Origin: an archaeon
Lineage (GTDB): Archaea; Iainarchaeota; Iainarchaeia; Iainarchaeales; CSSED10-239
Reading direction: 5' to 3'
Length of the DNA: 14,435 nucleotides
Assembly: GCA_035390665.1 (NCBI GenBank)
Contig: DAOOUC010000014.1
Coordinates: 1 to 14,435, forward strand
Made by a program: the position numbers and the translations under genes. The notes under the pieces were generated by a model. The model saw nothing but the letters and a program-made list of their open reading frames with translations, was not told where the DNA came from and did not search any database. Below, piece after piece: positions 6,125 to 14,189 of this stretch (position 1 is the stretch's first letter; every line of letters begins with the position of its first letter).

Positions 6125-7702
6125 CTATTTTTTAATTTCCTTCCCTCTTAAGAGCTTGTTGTAGGTGATGGCAAACCTATGGGCTTCATCTCTAATTCTT
6201 TGAAGTAATTGAAGAGATTGTTCTTTTTTGCTTAGTTTTATAGAAAACAGTTGCTCTGGTTTAAAAATTTCTTCTTCTCTTTTTGCAAGACCAATAATTT
6301 CGGTCTTTTCAAAAACATTAAGTTCTTTAAGAACAGAAACTGCAGAAGAAAGTTGACCTTTTCCACCATCAATAACAATTAAATCCGGTAGTTCTTTATT
6401 TTCTTTAATCAAACGATAGTATCTTCTTCTTACAACTTCTGAAATGCTTGAAAAGTCATCAATCTTTCCGTTATCCAAGGTTTTTATTTTAAATTTCCTG
6501 TAATTACTTTTGCTTGGCAAACCATCTTTAAAACAAACCATTGAGCCGACTGTCAGGGTTCCAGAAAGATGAGAAATATCAAAACATTCTATGGTTCTTG
6601 GAAGTTTTTTAAGTTTTAATTTCTTTTGTAAGTCTATAAGTGTTAATTCTTCTTTAAAGAAAGTAATTTCAATATTCTTAAAACAAAGATCAAGAAGTTC
6701 TTTCTTCTCTCCTTTTTGTGGTATTGTAATAATTATTTTTTCTTTCTTTTGATCTTCAAGATATTTTTCTGTTTCTTCTAAAACAGAAGAAGGTATAATT
6801 ATTTCTTTAGGAATAAAATTACTAGAATAATATTTGATTAAAAAATCATCAAGAACAGAAATATCTACTAAAGAGTTATCAATAATAAATTCTTTTTTAT
6901 TAACAAGTGTTCCTTTATCAATGTTGAACAAAAGTAAATATATCTTGTTATCTTTAGCAATGTAATTAATAATATCTTGATCAAATTTAACTTGTCTTTC
7001 CATTGTTTGTTTTTGTGTTAAGTAATCAATGGCAGTTATCTGATTTCTTAGTGTTAGTGCTTTCTCAAAATCTTGATTTCTAGAATAAAGTTCCATATCT
7101 TTTTTTAATTCAGGTAAAAGTTCTTGAGATTTACCAAGTAAAATCAGCTTAACTGTTTCAATTGTTTTAGAATAGTCTTCTTTAGTAATGTTACCAATAC
7201 AAGGAGCAGAGCAATAACCAATATGAAATCTAGTACAAGGAGTTTTTGGTAGTCTTTTACAAGTTCTTAATTTAAATTCTTTATTTAGGTATCTAATTAT
7301 TTCTGTTCTTGCTTTGCCAGAAACAAAAGGACCAAACACATTGTCGTCTTTACCGCTTGGCTTTTCTCTTAGTGTTAATAATCTAGGGTAGTTTTCTTTA
7401 GTTACTTGAATATAAGCATATCTTTGCCCATTTTTAAGATCAATGTTATACTTTGGTTGATGTTTTTTAATTAATGTGTTTTCAAGAATAAAAGCTTCAA
7501 GTTCATTGTTAGTAACAATGAAATCCACAGAAAAGATATTTGAAACAAGAGCACTAGTTTTTGCGCCTTGTTCTTTATTTAAAAAATAAGAAGAAATTCT
7601 TTTCTTAAGATTTTTTGCTTTACCAATATATATAATATTCCCACTTTTATCTTTGTAGATGTAACAACCAGGACAATTAGGGATATTTTCTAGATTAATC
7701 AT
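6125..7702 (-). CDS. uvrC: Excinuclease ABC subunit C (UvrC), short form
   Basis: It has the GIY-YIG motif (GCYIYKDKSGNIIYIGKAKNLKKRISSYF) and the Cys cluster CTRFHIGYCSAPCIG. It also has a UVR-like region and the C-terminal endonuclease signature IVIDGGKGQL...RIRDEAHRFAITYNKLLR. Confidence 0.9.
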   Translation of the reverse strand: MINLENIPNCPGCYIYKDKSGNIIYIGKAKNLKKRISSYFLNKEQGAKTSALVSNIFSVDFIVTNNELEAFILENTLIKKHQPKYNIDLKNGQRYAYIQVTKENYPRLLTLREKPSGKDDNVFGPFVSGKARTEIIRYLNKEFKLRTCKRLPKTPCTRFHIGYCSAPCIGNITKEDYSKTIETVKLILLGKSQELLPELKKDMELYSRNQDFEKALTLRNQITAIDYLTQKQTMERQVKFDQDIINYIAKDNKIYLLLFNIDKGTLVNKKEFIIDNSLVDISVLDDFLIKYYSSNFIPKEIIIPSSVLEETEKYLEDQKKEKIIITIPQKGEKKELLDLCFKNIEITFFKEELTLIDLQKKLKLKKLPRTIECFDISHLSGTLTVGSMVCFKDGLPSKSNYRKFKIKTLDNGKIDDFSSISEVVRRRYYRLIKENKELPDLIVIDGGKGQLSSAVSVLKELNVFEKTEIIGLAKREEEIFKPEQLFSIKLSKKEQSLQLLQRIRDEAHRFAITYNKLLRGKEIKK

Positions 7703-7742
7703 AAATATAATTAATATCTAAAAGATATTAAAAACTGCTTCT

Positions 7743-7813
7743 TTTGGGGGTACAACCTTATTTTAATTGTATACACTAGTGGGTACAATTTATAAACATT
7801 TGTATACACTATA
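7743..7813 (+). repeat. Family-B element (copy B2), organised as two tandem 33-nt units
   Basis: 7743-7788 matches 1430-1475. The units at 7748-7780 and 7781-7813 both read GGGTACAA-N11-TTGTATACACTA-N2 at identical offsets. Confidence 0.65.
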
Positions 7814-7818
7814 TATTT

Positions 7819-8772
7819 ATGGCTATAATAAAAAGAATTATCGGAAATAAGGAATATTATTATTTAGAAGAACAGTTTAGAATAATAGATAAATTAAGAA
7901 AATTCAGAAAATATTTAGGCTCTAAAAAACCATCTAAACAAGAACAAATAGATATTGAAAACCAATTTCTAGACACTATAATTGCAAGATTAACATCTTC
8001 TTCAAATATTCAAGTAAAGTATATCTCTAAAAAGCAATTAATTCAGATATTATTATTTAATCAAAAATATTTTAATAAATACAATAAATTAACTCCAACT
8101 ATTAAAAATAAGCTAAATATAGACAATATTGTATTATTTACATTAACTACTTTAACAACAGAAGACATAGACGTATCTTTAGAAGATGTAATTAATGCTC
8201 AAAAGAAAGATAAAAACTTAAATCAGAGAGAACTAATTTGTAAAAACATGTTAAAAGGCATAGATCTAATCAAAAAAGGAAAAACTAAAATAGACATTAA
8301 TTTTATTAAAAACTTACATAAAACAATAATGGCTGATTTTGAAACAAAGACACCTGGACTATTTAGAACAAGAGAAGTTCATATCTATAAAAAGCACACA
8401 AAAGACATTTTAAGTGCAGAAATAAAGTTTCAGCCACCAGCTTACGGGTTAGTTGTGGATAAACTTAACAAATTAATAGAGTGGTATAATTCTTCAGATT
8501 TAAATAACTTTGAAAAAGCAATACTTTTACATTTTGAAATATATAAGATTCATCCATTCCTTGATGGAAACAAGAGAGTATGTAGATTATTGTTCAATAA
8601 AGTATTACTTGACAATAACTTTCCATTAGTAAACATTTCAGACAACAGAACTAAATACTTTGATTCATTACTTTCTTCAGTAGAAGAAAACAACCCTGCA
8701 CACATGGCTGACTTTATGGTGAATGCTTACTTAAAACAAGTAAAGACATTTATAGGTAAAGACGAAAGTTAG
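7819..8772 (+). CDS. Fic-domain protein (putative AMPylase/adenylyltransferase)
   Basis: Fic motif HPFLDGNKRVCRLL (consensus HPFx[D/E]GN[G/K]R). An upstream segment TTLTTEDIDVSLEDV aligns with the class-II inhibitory-helix region (S/T)xxxE(G/N), here TxxxED. Confidence 0.85.
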   Translation: MAIIKRIIGNKEYYYLEEQFRIIDKLRKFRKYLGSKKPSKQEQIDIENQFLDTIIARLTSSSNIQVKYISKKQLIQILLFNQKYFNKYNKLTPTIKNKLNIDNIVLFTLTTLTTEDIDVSLEDVINAQKKDKNLNQRELICKNMLKGIDLIKKGKTKIDINFIKNLHKTIMADFETKTPGLFRTREVHIYKKHTKDILSAEIKFQPPAYGLVVDKLNKLIEWYNSSDLNNFEKAILLHFEIYKIHPFLDGNKRVCRLLFNKVLLDNNFPLVNISDNRTKYFDSLLSSVEENNPAHMADFMVNAYLKQVKTFIGKDES

Positions 8773-8862
8773 AAGCAAATTAGTTATCCAGATTAATCAT
8801 ATAAAAGATAGATATAAAAAACATTTTAAAAAGAATGTATTAAAGATATAAAAGTGAAGAAT

Positions 8863-9576
8863 ATGCCTCCAAAAATAAACAAACCATTTAAAGTAAGAGA
8901 AATTGGAAAAAAAGCAGTAGTAGGAACAAGAAAAGGAAATAAGATACTTAACAAGAAAGAACTAATTGATGCTCTTTTAGAAGTATCAAGAAAACAAATG
9001 TTAATGGATTATAATGATCCACAAGGAAGATTTAGAATAATTAAGCAAATGAGTTTCAAATCAGATGGACAGCATATACAAAGAAACTATGTTTTAGAAA
9101 TTAATGGAGCGACAGGTGTAAAGAAATACTTCATTAAAGAAGAAAAACTATCTACTATTGGAAAAGAGAACTTGACTTCAAGTTATACTTGGGAAGATGC
9201 AATAACTGAAAGTAAAGCACTTAATGTAATTTCAGATTATTTAAAAGAACATAAAGAAAGTAAAATAATTACAGTTCCATTTAAGTTTTCATATTTAGAT
9301 AGAGAAAAAGGAGTAAGTTATATTTGCTATAATTTCCAAGAAGGGCATCATCCAAAAACTCTACTTCAAAGAAAACAAATTGGAATAAAGGAATATTTAG
9401 ACATAAATAGAAGATTAGGGGTATTTGAAAAAAGACTAAATGAATATCTTGCAAAGAATTTAAAAAAATATAATTTAGAAGAAGGCACAATATTAACAGA
9501 CATTTCTACAGAAAATGTATTTTATGATCCAAAGACAAAGAAAATAAGAATCTTCAATCCAGTTCTTTCAAAATAA
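8863..9576 (+). CDS. Hypothetical protein; weak resemblance to a minimal protein-kinase-like fold
   Basis: The ORF track starts at GTG 8854; ATG 8863 (MPPKINK...) is preferred. LTDISTENVFYD resembles a DxxxxN catalytic loop and KKYFIKEE a beta3-Lys region, but the DFG-equivalent is IFNP. This is not a secure assignment. Confidence 0.5.
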   Translation: MPPKINKPFKVREIGKKAVVGTRKGNKILNKKELIDALLEVSRKQMLMDYNDPQGRFRIIKQMSFKSDGQHIQRNYVLEINGATGVKKYFIKEEKLSTIGKENLTSSYTWEDAITESKALNVISDYLKEHKESKIITVPFKFSYLDREKGVSYICYNFQEGHHPKTLLQRKQIGIKEYLDINRRLGVFEKRLNEYLAKNLKKYNLEEGTILTDISTENVFYDPKTKKIRIFNPVLSK

Positions 9577-9583
9577 TTTATTT

Positions 9584-9603
9584 TTCCACTGGACAGCAAC
9601 CCT
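9584..9603 (+). repeat. Family-A element, truncated copy A3 (core only)
   Basis: In ttccactggacagcaaccc the first 14 nt are identical to the A2 core, and the C7 run is reduced to ccc. It lies 36 nt upstream of ATG 9640. Confidence 0.5.
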
Positions 9604-9639
9604 AGTTAAACTTATAAACTAGAAAAATTATAGTTATTT

Positions 9640-10398
9640 ATGATTAAATTAATTAGTGATAGAAATATCTTAGATAAATTTGTTATAGATTTTACAACTA
9701 TTTTAGAAAAATACTCAAAATATGCAATAGTTTCTGGTTTCTTAGCAATTTCTAGTGGAAGAGTAAGAGGAACAGAAGATATTGATCTAATTGTTGAAGA
9801 AATGACTAAAGATACTTTTGAAAAATTCTTTAAAGATATCTATAAGCACAAATTTGAATGTGTACAAGGAGATGACCCAGAATTAATTTGGAATTTATAT
9901 TTAAAATCAAAAGACACAATAAGATTTGTGCGAAAGGGCACAGAAATGCCAGACATGGAATTTAAATTTCCAAAAACAGAAGCAGATAGAGTAGCATTAC
10001 TTACTAGAAAGAAATTACCATTAACTGGCCTTTCGGTTTACTTTGGAAGTATAGAAAGTACAATTGCATTTAAAGAACATCTTTTAAAGTCTCCAAAAGA
10101 TATAGATGATGCAAAGCATTTAAGATTAATCTATTCTAAAGAAATAAATGAAAAAGAAATTATTCGAATTAAAAAACTTATAACAAGAGACATTTTAGGT
10201 AAATCAGGTAAACTTAAATCCCCAGAATTAAGTTACTATTACAGAAGAGATAAAACACATGATGAATTTATAGAAAGATGGGCAGAAAACATAAAGAAAA
10301 CTCCACGAAAAATCTGGAAAAAAGAATTAAATCAATTTATTGATGCTCAATTCCAAAAATCAAAAGAATTCTATAAACGATTGAATAAGAAAAAATAA
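9640..10398 (+). CDS. Nucleotidyltransferase-fold (minimal NTase / MNT-like) protein
   Basis: ISSGRVRGTEDIDLIVEE fits the G[GS]-x(9-13)-DhD NTase pattern. Intact 252-aa ORF with an ATG start and a TATA-like cttataaac centred 25 nt upstream. Confidence 0.5.
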   Translation: MIKLISDRNILDKFVIDFTTILEKYSKYAIVSGFLAISSGRVRGTEDIDLIVEEMTKDTFEKFFKDIYKHKFECVQGDDPELIWNLYLKSKDTIRFVRKGTEMPDMEFKFPKTEADRVALLTRKKLPLTGLSVYFGSIESTIAFKEHLLKSPKDIDDAKHLRLIYSKEINEKEIIRIKKLITRDILGKSGKLKSPELSYYYRRDKTHDEFIERWAENIKKTPRKIWKKELNQFIDAQFQKSKEFYKRLNKKK

Positions 10399-10401
10399 TA
10401 T

Positions 10402-11331
10402 TTATTTTAAATAATTCTCTATTTTTTCTTTAAATTCTTTATCGCTTTCTGTTAATTTAATTATTTCTTTGTTTTCATTTAAGTATTTGGGGTCAATATA
10501 TCTTTTTTTTACATATCTAGGTGTATTAATTATTATTTCATTATTTCTTAATTGTTTTAATGTTTTAACTATAAACTCATCACTTGAAGAATAAATTTTA
10601 TTTTCAATAACTTCTTCTGTTTCTAAAAAATCAGATAAGGAAATTACATTAATGTCAAGAGCTCTTTTTAATAAATCTATAAAGATGAATTTCTTTTCTA
10701 CCTTTATTGGGTTGTTAAAATCATTAATTATTACATACATATAAGCATTAGCAAAAGACTTTGCAGACTCTTTATTTTTAAATATTAACTTATTATCAAT
10801 AACTGTAAGATTAACGAAGATATTTTTTATAAAATCAGGTTCTTTAGTTCTATAATAATATTCTCTTATAGAATAATCTAATCTATCAGCACAAGTATCA
10901 GGGGCCGGCAATTCAAGAAGAGTATATTTTTCTAAATCTTCTAATATATTTAAATTAATATTATATTTTTTAAAAATGTCATTAATCTCTTTATTGTTTT
11001 TTAAAAAACTAAAGAAATTATTATCTTGATGATCTTCATTTAAATCTCCTTTTAATATATCATAAGTATGTGAAAACGCGGCGTGATTAATATCATGTAA
11101 TAATCCTGCAATTTTTTCTTCTAATTTTGCTCCAACTAGATCTAAGATTATTAGAACACCAAGCGAATGCTCTAATCTAGTAAAATAAAGATCAGAAAGA
11201 TCTTTAGGAAATCCTTTATTTCCAATCTTTCCAAGTCTTTGAAAAGTTTTTGAATTAATTAAATCAACCAATATTGGTTCTTTAATTATATGTTTACCAT
11301 AAACTGGATCATTAATTTCTATTAAATTCAT
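10402..11331 (-). CDS. HD-domain phosphohydrolase, COG1078 / SAMHD1-like family
   Basis: Signatures: DPVYG near the N-terminus, FTRLEHSLGV, LLHDINHAAFSH and CADRLDYSIRE. The ORF track starts at 11358. ATG 11331 (MNLIEINDPVYG...) is preferred because it sits 1 nt after the Nudix stop (TAA-t-ATG), indicating translational coupling. Confidence 0.8.
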   Translation of the reverse strand: MNLIEINDPVYGKHIIKEPILVDLINSKTFQRLGKIGNKGFPKDLSDLYFTRLEHSLGVLIILDLVGAKLEEKIAGLLHDINHAAFSHTYDILKGDLNEDHQDNNFFSFLKNNKEINDIFKKYNINLNILEDLEKYTLLELPAPDTCADRLDYSIREYYYRTKEPDFIKNIFVNLTVIDNKLIFKNKESAKSFANAYMYVIINDFNNPIKVEKKFIFIDLLKRALDINVISLSDFLETEEVIENKIYSSSDEFIVKTLKQLRNNEIIINTPRYVKKRYIDPKYLNENKEIIKLTESDKEFKEKIENYLK

Positions 11332-11332
11332 A

Positions 11333-12229
11333 TTAAAACAGCTCTTTAAATTCTTCAAATATTTTCCTTGCTGATTCTATTTGGTTTTGTAAAGTAAGGC
11401 ACTTTTCAGTTTCTTCTTTCTTTATCCATTTATATCCTGAAATTTCTTCTTCTTGTATTTTTATGTTTTCTGGAGAAGAAAGTAATTTAGCAATAACAAT
11501 CTTTCCTTTTCCCCCACGAGATTTAAAGTAATTATTGAAAAGACTTTCTTTTGAAATTTCGTATTCTAAAGGATATTTAGATATTCCGATAATTTCTATA
11601 TCAGCATTAACTTCTTCTTTTGCTTCTCTTATTGCTGCTTTTTCAAAAGTTTCATCTTTTTCTAATCCGCCACCAAGCACCTTGCAGAAATGATCTTTAA
11701 GTGCAGAAAAGACAACAATAAATTCTTTATTTTCATTAAGAATATATACTTCAACATAAGAACCATAAGGAAGATATTGTATATCAATATTTTCTTTAGT
11801 AATATTTAGATTATTAATTTCTGTTTCTAATTTTTTCTTTAAACTTTCTTTATTATCGTCCCACCATAGTTTTTCTATATACTCATCAATATCGCACCAA
11901 AGAAAATCAATGTGTTCTATTCCATCAAGAATTACTTTATCGGAGTTAATAATTGATAAGAAATTATGTTCTTCACATTGTTCTTTATCGTAATTAGAAT
12001 AATATTCACTTTTGGTATTTAGATTAATAATCTTGATTGGGGCAATGTCTATTTCTTCAAGCATTTTTCTTGCGACTGCATCTTCCAAAGATTTATCTTC
12101 TTTTTCCACAGAACCAGTAACTGTAAACCATTTTTCTCCACCGTGGATTGGATCCTCGCCATTATTCTTTAAAAGAAGAAACCTGTTATTTTTCCTAGAA
12201 TAAATAAAAGAAAGAATCTTTATTCTCAT
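11333..12229 (-). CDS. Tandem Nudix hydrolase (degenerate N-terminal plus canonical C-terminal Nudix domain)
   Basis: The canonical Nudix box is GGLEKDETFEKAAIREAKEEVNA (Gx5Ex7REUxEE). The N-terminal half has a degenerate box, ...GSVEKEDKSLEDAVARKMLEEIDI. The ORF track starts at TTG 12250. ATG 12229 (MRIKILS...) is preferred because of a TATA-like box 26 nt upstream. Confidence 0.8.
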   Translation of the reverse strand: MRIKILSFIYSRKNNRFLLLKNNGEDPIHGGEKWFTVTGSVEKEDKSLEDAVARKMLEEIDIAPIKIINLNTKSEYYSNYDKEQCEEHNFLSIINSDKVILDGIEHIDFLWCDIDEYIEKLWWDDNKESLKKKLETEINNLNITKENIDIQYLPYGSYVEVYILNENKEFIVVFSALKDHFCKVLGGGLEKDETFEKAAIREAKEEVNADIEIIGISKYPLEYEISKESLFNNYFKSRGGKGKIVIAKLLSSPENIKIQEEEISGYKWIKKEETEKCLTLQNQIESARKIFEEFKELF

Positions 12230-12309
12230 AAATATCTTAACAAACCGCAATATTTTTAAACTAGTTTATAATCTATTCTTATATAATTTTAGTGGAGGGT
12301 TGAATAATT
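12230..12309. promoter_or_regulatory. Divergent promoter region between the Nudix-HD operon and the RuBisCO operon
   Basis: cttatataat (12278-12287) is centred ~27 nt upstream of ATG 12310. tttaaaaata (reverse complement of 12251-12260) is centred ~26 nt upstream of ATG 12229 on the minus strand. ggaggg at 12294-12299 is a possible SD for rbcL. Confidence 0.4.
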
Positions 12310-13779
12310 ATGGGTACTTTAGATTTATATAAAACATTAAATGAAAAACAAAAAGCTTATGTTAATCTTAAAATGACAGATAGTCAATTACATAATGGAG
12401 AATATATGTTAACAGTTTTCCATTTTAGACCAGGAAAAGGATTAAATACTTTACAAGCAGCTGCTGAAATTGCAGCAGAATCATCAACAGGAACTAATTT
12501 TGCAGTAACTACAGAAACTCCATTTTCAAGACAAATGAATGCACTTGTTTACAAAATGGATACTAAAAATGAATTAGTATGGATTGCATACCCTTGGAGA
12601 TTGTTTGATAGAAGAGGAAATATTCAAAATATTTTAACTTATGTTGTTGGAAATGTTCTTGGTATGAAAGAGGTTTCTGCATTAAAACTTTTAGATGTTT
12701 GGTTTCCACCAAGTATGTTAGAACAATTTGATGGCCCAAGCTACACAATTGATGATATGAGAAAATACTTAGGAGTTTATGATAGACCAATCTTAGGGAC
12801 AATTATTAAACCCAAAATGGGACTTACATCAGCAGAATATGCAGAAGTATGCTATGATTTTTGGGTAGGCGGAGGAGATTTTGTTAAGAACGATGAACCT
12901 CAAGCAGATCAAGATTTCTGTCCTTATGATAAAATGATAAAACATGTTAAAGAAGCAATGGATAAAGCAGTAAAAATTACAGGACATAAAAAAGTACATT
13001 CATTTAATGTTTCAGCAGCAGATTACGACACCATGATAAAAAGATGTGAGATGATTAGAAATGCAGGATTTGAAAAAGGATCTTATGCTTTCTTGATTGA
13101 TGGAATAACTGCAGGATGGATGGCAGTTCAAACTTTAAGAAGGAAATATCCAGATGTTTTTATTCACTATCATAGAGCATCACATGGTGCATACACTAGA
13201 CCAGAAAATGCATTTGGTTTCTCTGTTTTAGTTCTTTCTAAGTTTGCAAGGCTTGCAGGAGCTTCAGGAATTCACACAGGAACTGCTGGAGTTGGAAAGA
13301 TGGCTGGAAGTCCAGAAGAAGATATTGTTGCTGCTAGAAATATTTTAGAATATTCTGCAAAAGGGCATTATTTTGAACAATCTTGGTCAACTATACCTGA
13401 GAACGATATAGATATTAAAAAACTTGTAAAAAAAGACAAAAACAAAAAAAGAATATTAGAGGATGACTCTTGGAGAGGAATAAAAAAATGTGCTCCAATA
13501 ATTTCTGGTGGATTAAATCCAACACTATTAAAGCCATTTATTGATGTTATGGGTGGAGTTGATTTCATAACAACAATGGGTGCAGGTTGTCATGCTCATC
13601 CAGATGGAACCCAAGCTGGAGCAAAGGCTTTAGTTCAAGCTTGTGAAGCATACAAAAAGAAAATAGACATTCACAAATATGCAAAAGACCCAAAGCATAA
13701 AGAACTGAAAAGAGCAATTGAATTCTTTGAAAGAAAAAAATGTAAAGGTCAAGAAAAGATTACAAAAAAGAAAAAATAA
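12310..13779 (+). CDS. rbcL: Ribulose-1,5-bisphosphate carboxylase large subunit, form II/III type
   Basis: Motifs: GTIIKPKMGL (catalytic Lys region), GGDFVKNDEPQADQDFCP (carbamylated Lys; form-II-like GGDFxKNDEPQ), HYHRASHGA, GIHTGTAG and SGGLNP. There is an insertion of about 31 aa (STIPENDIDIKKLVKKDKNKKRILEDDSWRG) where form II/III enzymes are known to carry one. Confidence 0.92.
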   Translation: MGTLDLYKTLNEKQKAYVNLKMTDSQLHNGEYMLTVFHFRPGKGLNTLQAAAEIAAESSTGTNFAVTTETPFSRQMNALVYKMDTKNELVWIAYPWRLFDRRGNIQNILTYVVGNVLGMKEVSALKLLDVWFPPSMLEQFDGPSYTIDDMRKYLGVYDRPILGTIIKPKMGLTSAEYAEVCYDFWVGGGDFVKNDEPQADQDFCPYDKMIKHVKEAMDKAVKITGHKKVHSFNVSAADYDTMIKRCEMIRNAGFEKGSYAFLIDGITAGWMAVQTLRRKYPDVFIHYHRASHGAYTRPENAFGFSVLVLSKFARLAGASGIHTGTAGVGKMAGSPEEDIVAARNILEYSAKGHYFEQSWSTIPENDIDIKKLVKKDKNKKRILEDDSWRGIKKCAPIISGGLNPTLLKPFIDVMGGVDFITTMGAGCHAHPDGTQAGAKALVQACEAYKKKIDIHKYAKDPKHKELKRAIEFFERKKCKGQEKITKKKK

Positions 13780-13782
13780 AGT

Positions 13783-14187
13783 ATGACAATTGAAATTGAA
13801 AAACTAAATAAATCAGATTTAGTTATAAAAAAAGTAGGTAAAGACTTAACGTTAATTACTTCTAAAAAACAAGATCATTCTTCAGAGCAAGTAATTACTT
13901 TTGTAGAATATCCAAATGGTCAAAAATATATTTCAATTGCACCTAGACAAATTAAAGGACATTTTAAGAACAATCATTTTTCATTTTTATTTTTGATACA
14001 AGATTTAGAAAAAAAGACACCATTTGTAGATAAATCAAAAGTAGAATTAATAGTATATAATCCTAAAGAAAAAAAATTTAGATGGGAATCAAAAAATAAG
14101 AATAATGCTGTTGAAGAAATAATATTAAATCATTTAAATAAAAAAAAAGCCACATTAAAAAGATTTAGAACTCCAAAGAGAGTATAG
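13783..14187 (+). CDS. Hypothetical Lys-rich 134-aa protein, translationally coupled between rbcL and the phosphatase gene
   Basis: ATG lies 3 nt after the rbcL stop, and its own stop lies 2 nt before the next ATG. No motif was recognised. Confidence 0.5.
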   Translation: MTIEIEKLNKSDLVIKKVGKDLTLITSKKQDHSSEQVITFVEYPNGQKYISIAPRQIKGHFKNNHFSFLFLIQDLEKKTPFVDKSKVELIVYNPKEKKFRWESKNKNNAVEEIILNHLNKKKATLKRFRTPKRV

Positions 14188-14189
14188 AT

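Noticed and set aside
9281-9490. A 69-aa minus-strand ORF.
   Set aside because: It lies entirely antisense within the 8863-9576 gene. It has a hydrophobic low-complexity composition typical of shadow ORFs in AT-rich DNA.
3990-9603. An integron-like cassette array, with family A/B elements acting as attC sites.
   Set aside because: No integron integrase is present. I could not find paired R''/R' core sites (RYYYAAC...GTTRRRY) in the elements. The single GTTAAAC at 9605-9611 is expected by chance in AT-rich DNA. The elements lie upstream of genes with promoter-like content, and a core gene (uvrC) on the opposite strand interrupts the series.
12012-12203. A 63-aa plus-strand ORF.
   Set aside because: It is antisense to the Nudix gene and has no independent signals. 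It is a shadow ORF.
12563-12802. A 79-aa minus-strand ORF.
   Set aside because: It is antisense within the strongly supported rbcL coding region. It is a shadow ORF.
13368-13568. A 66-aa minus-strand ORF.
   Set aside because: It is antisense within rbcL. It is a shadow ORF.
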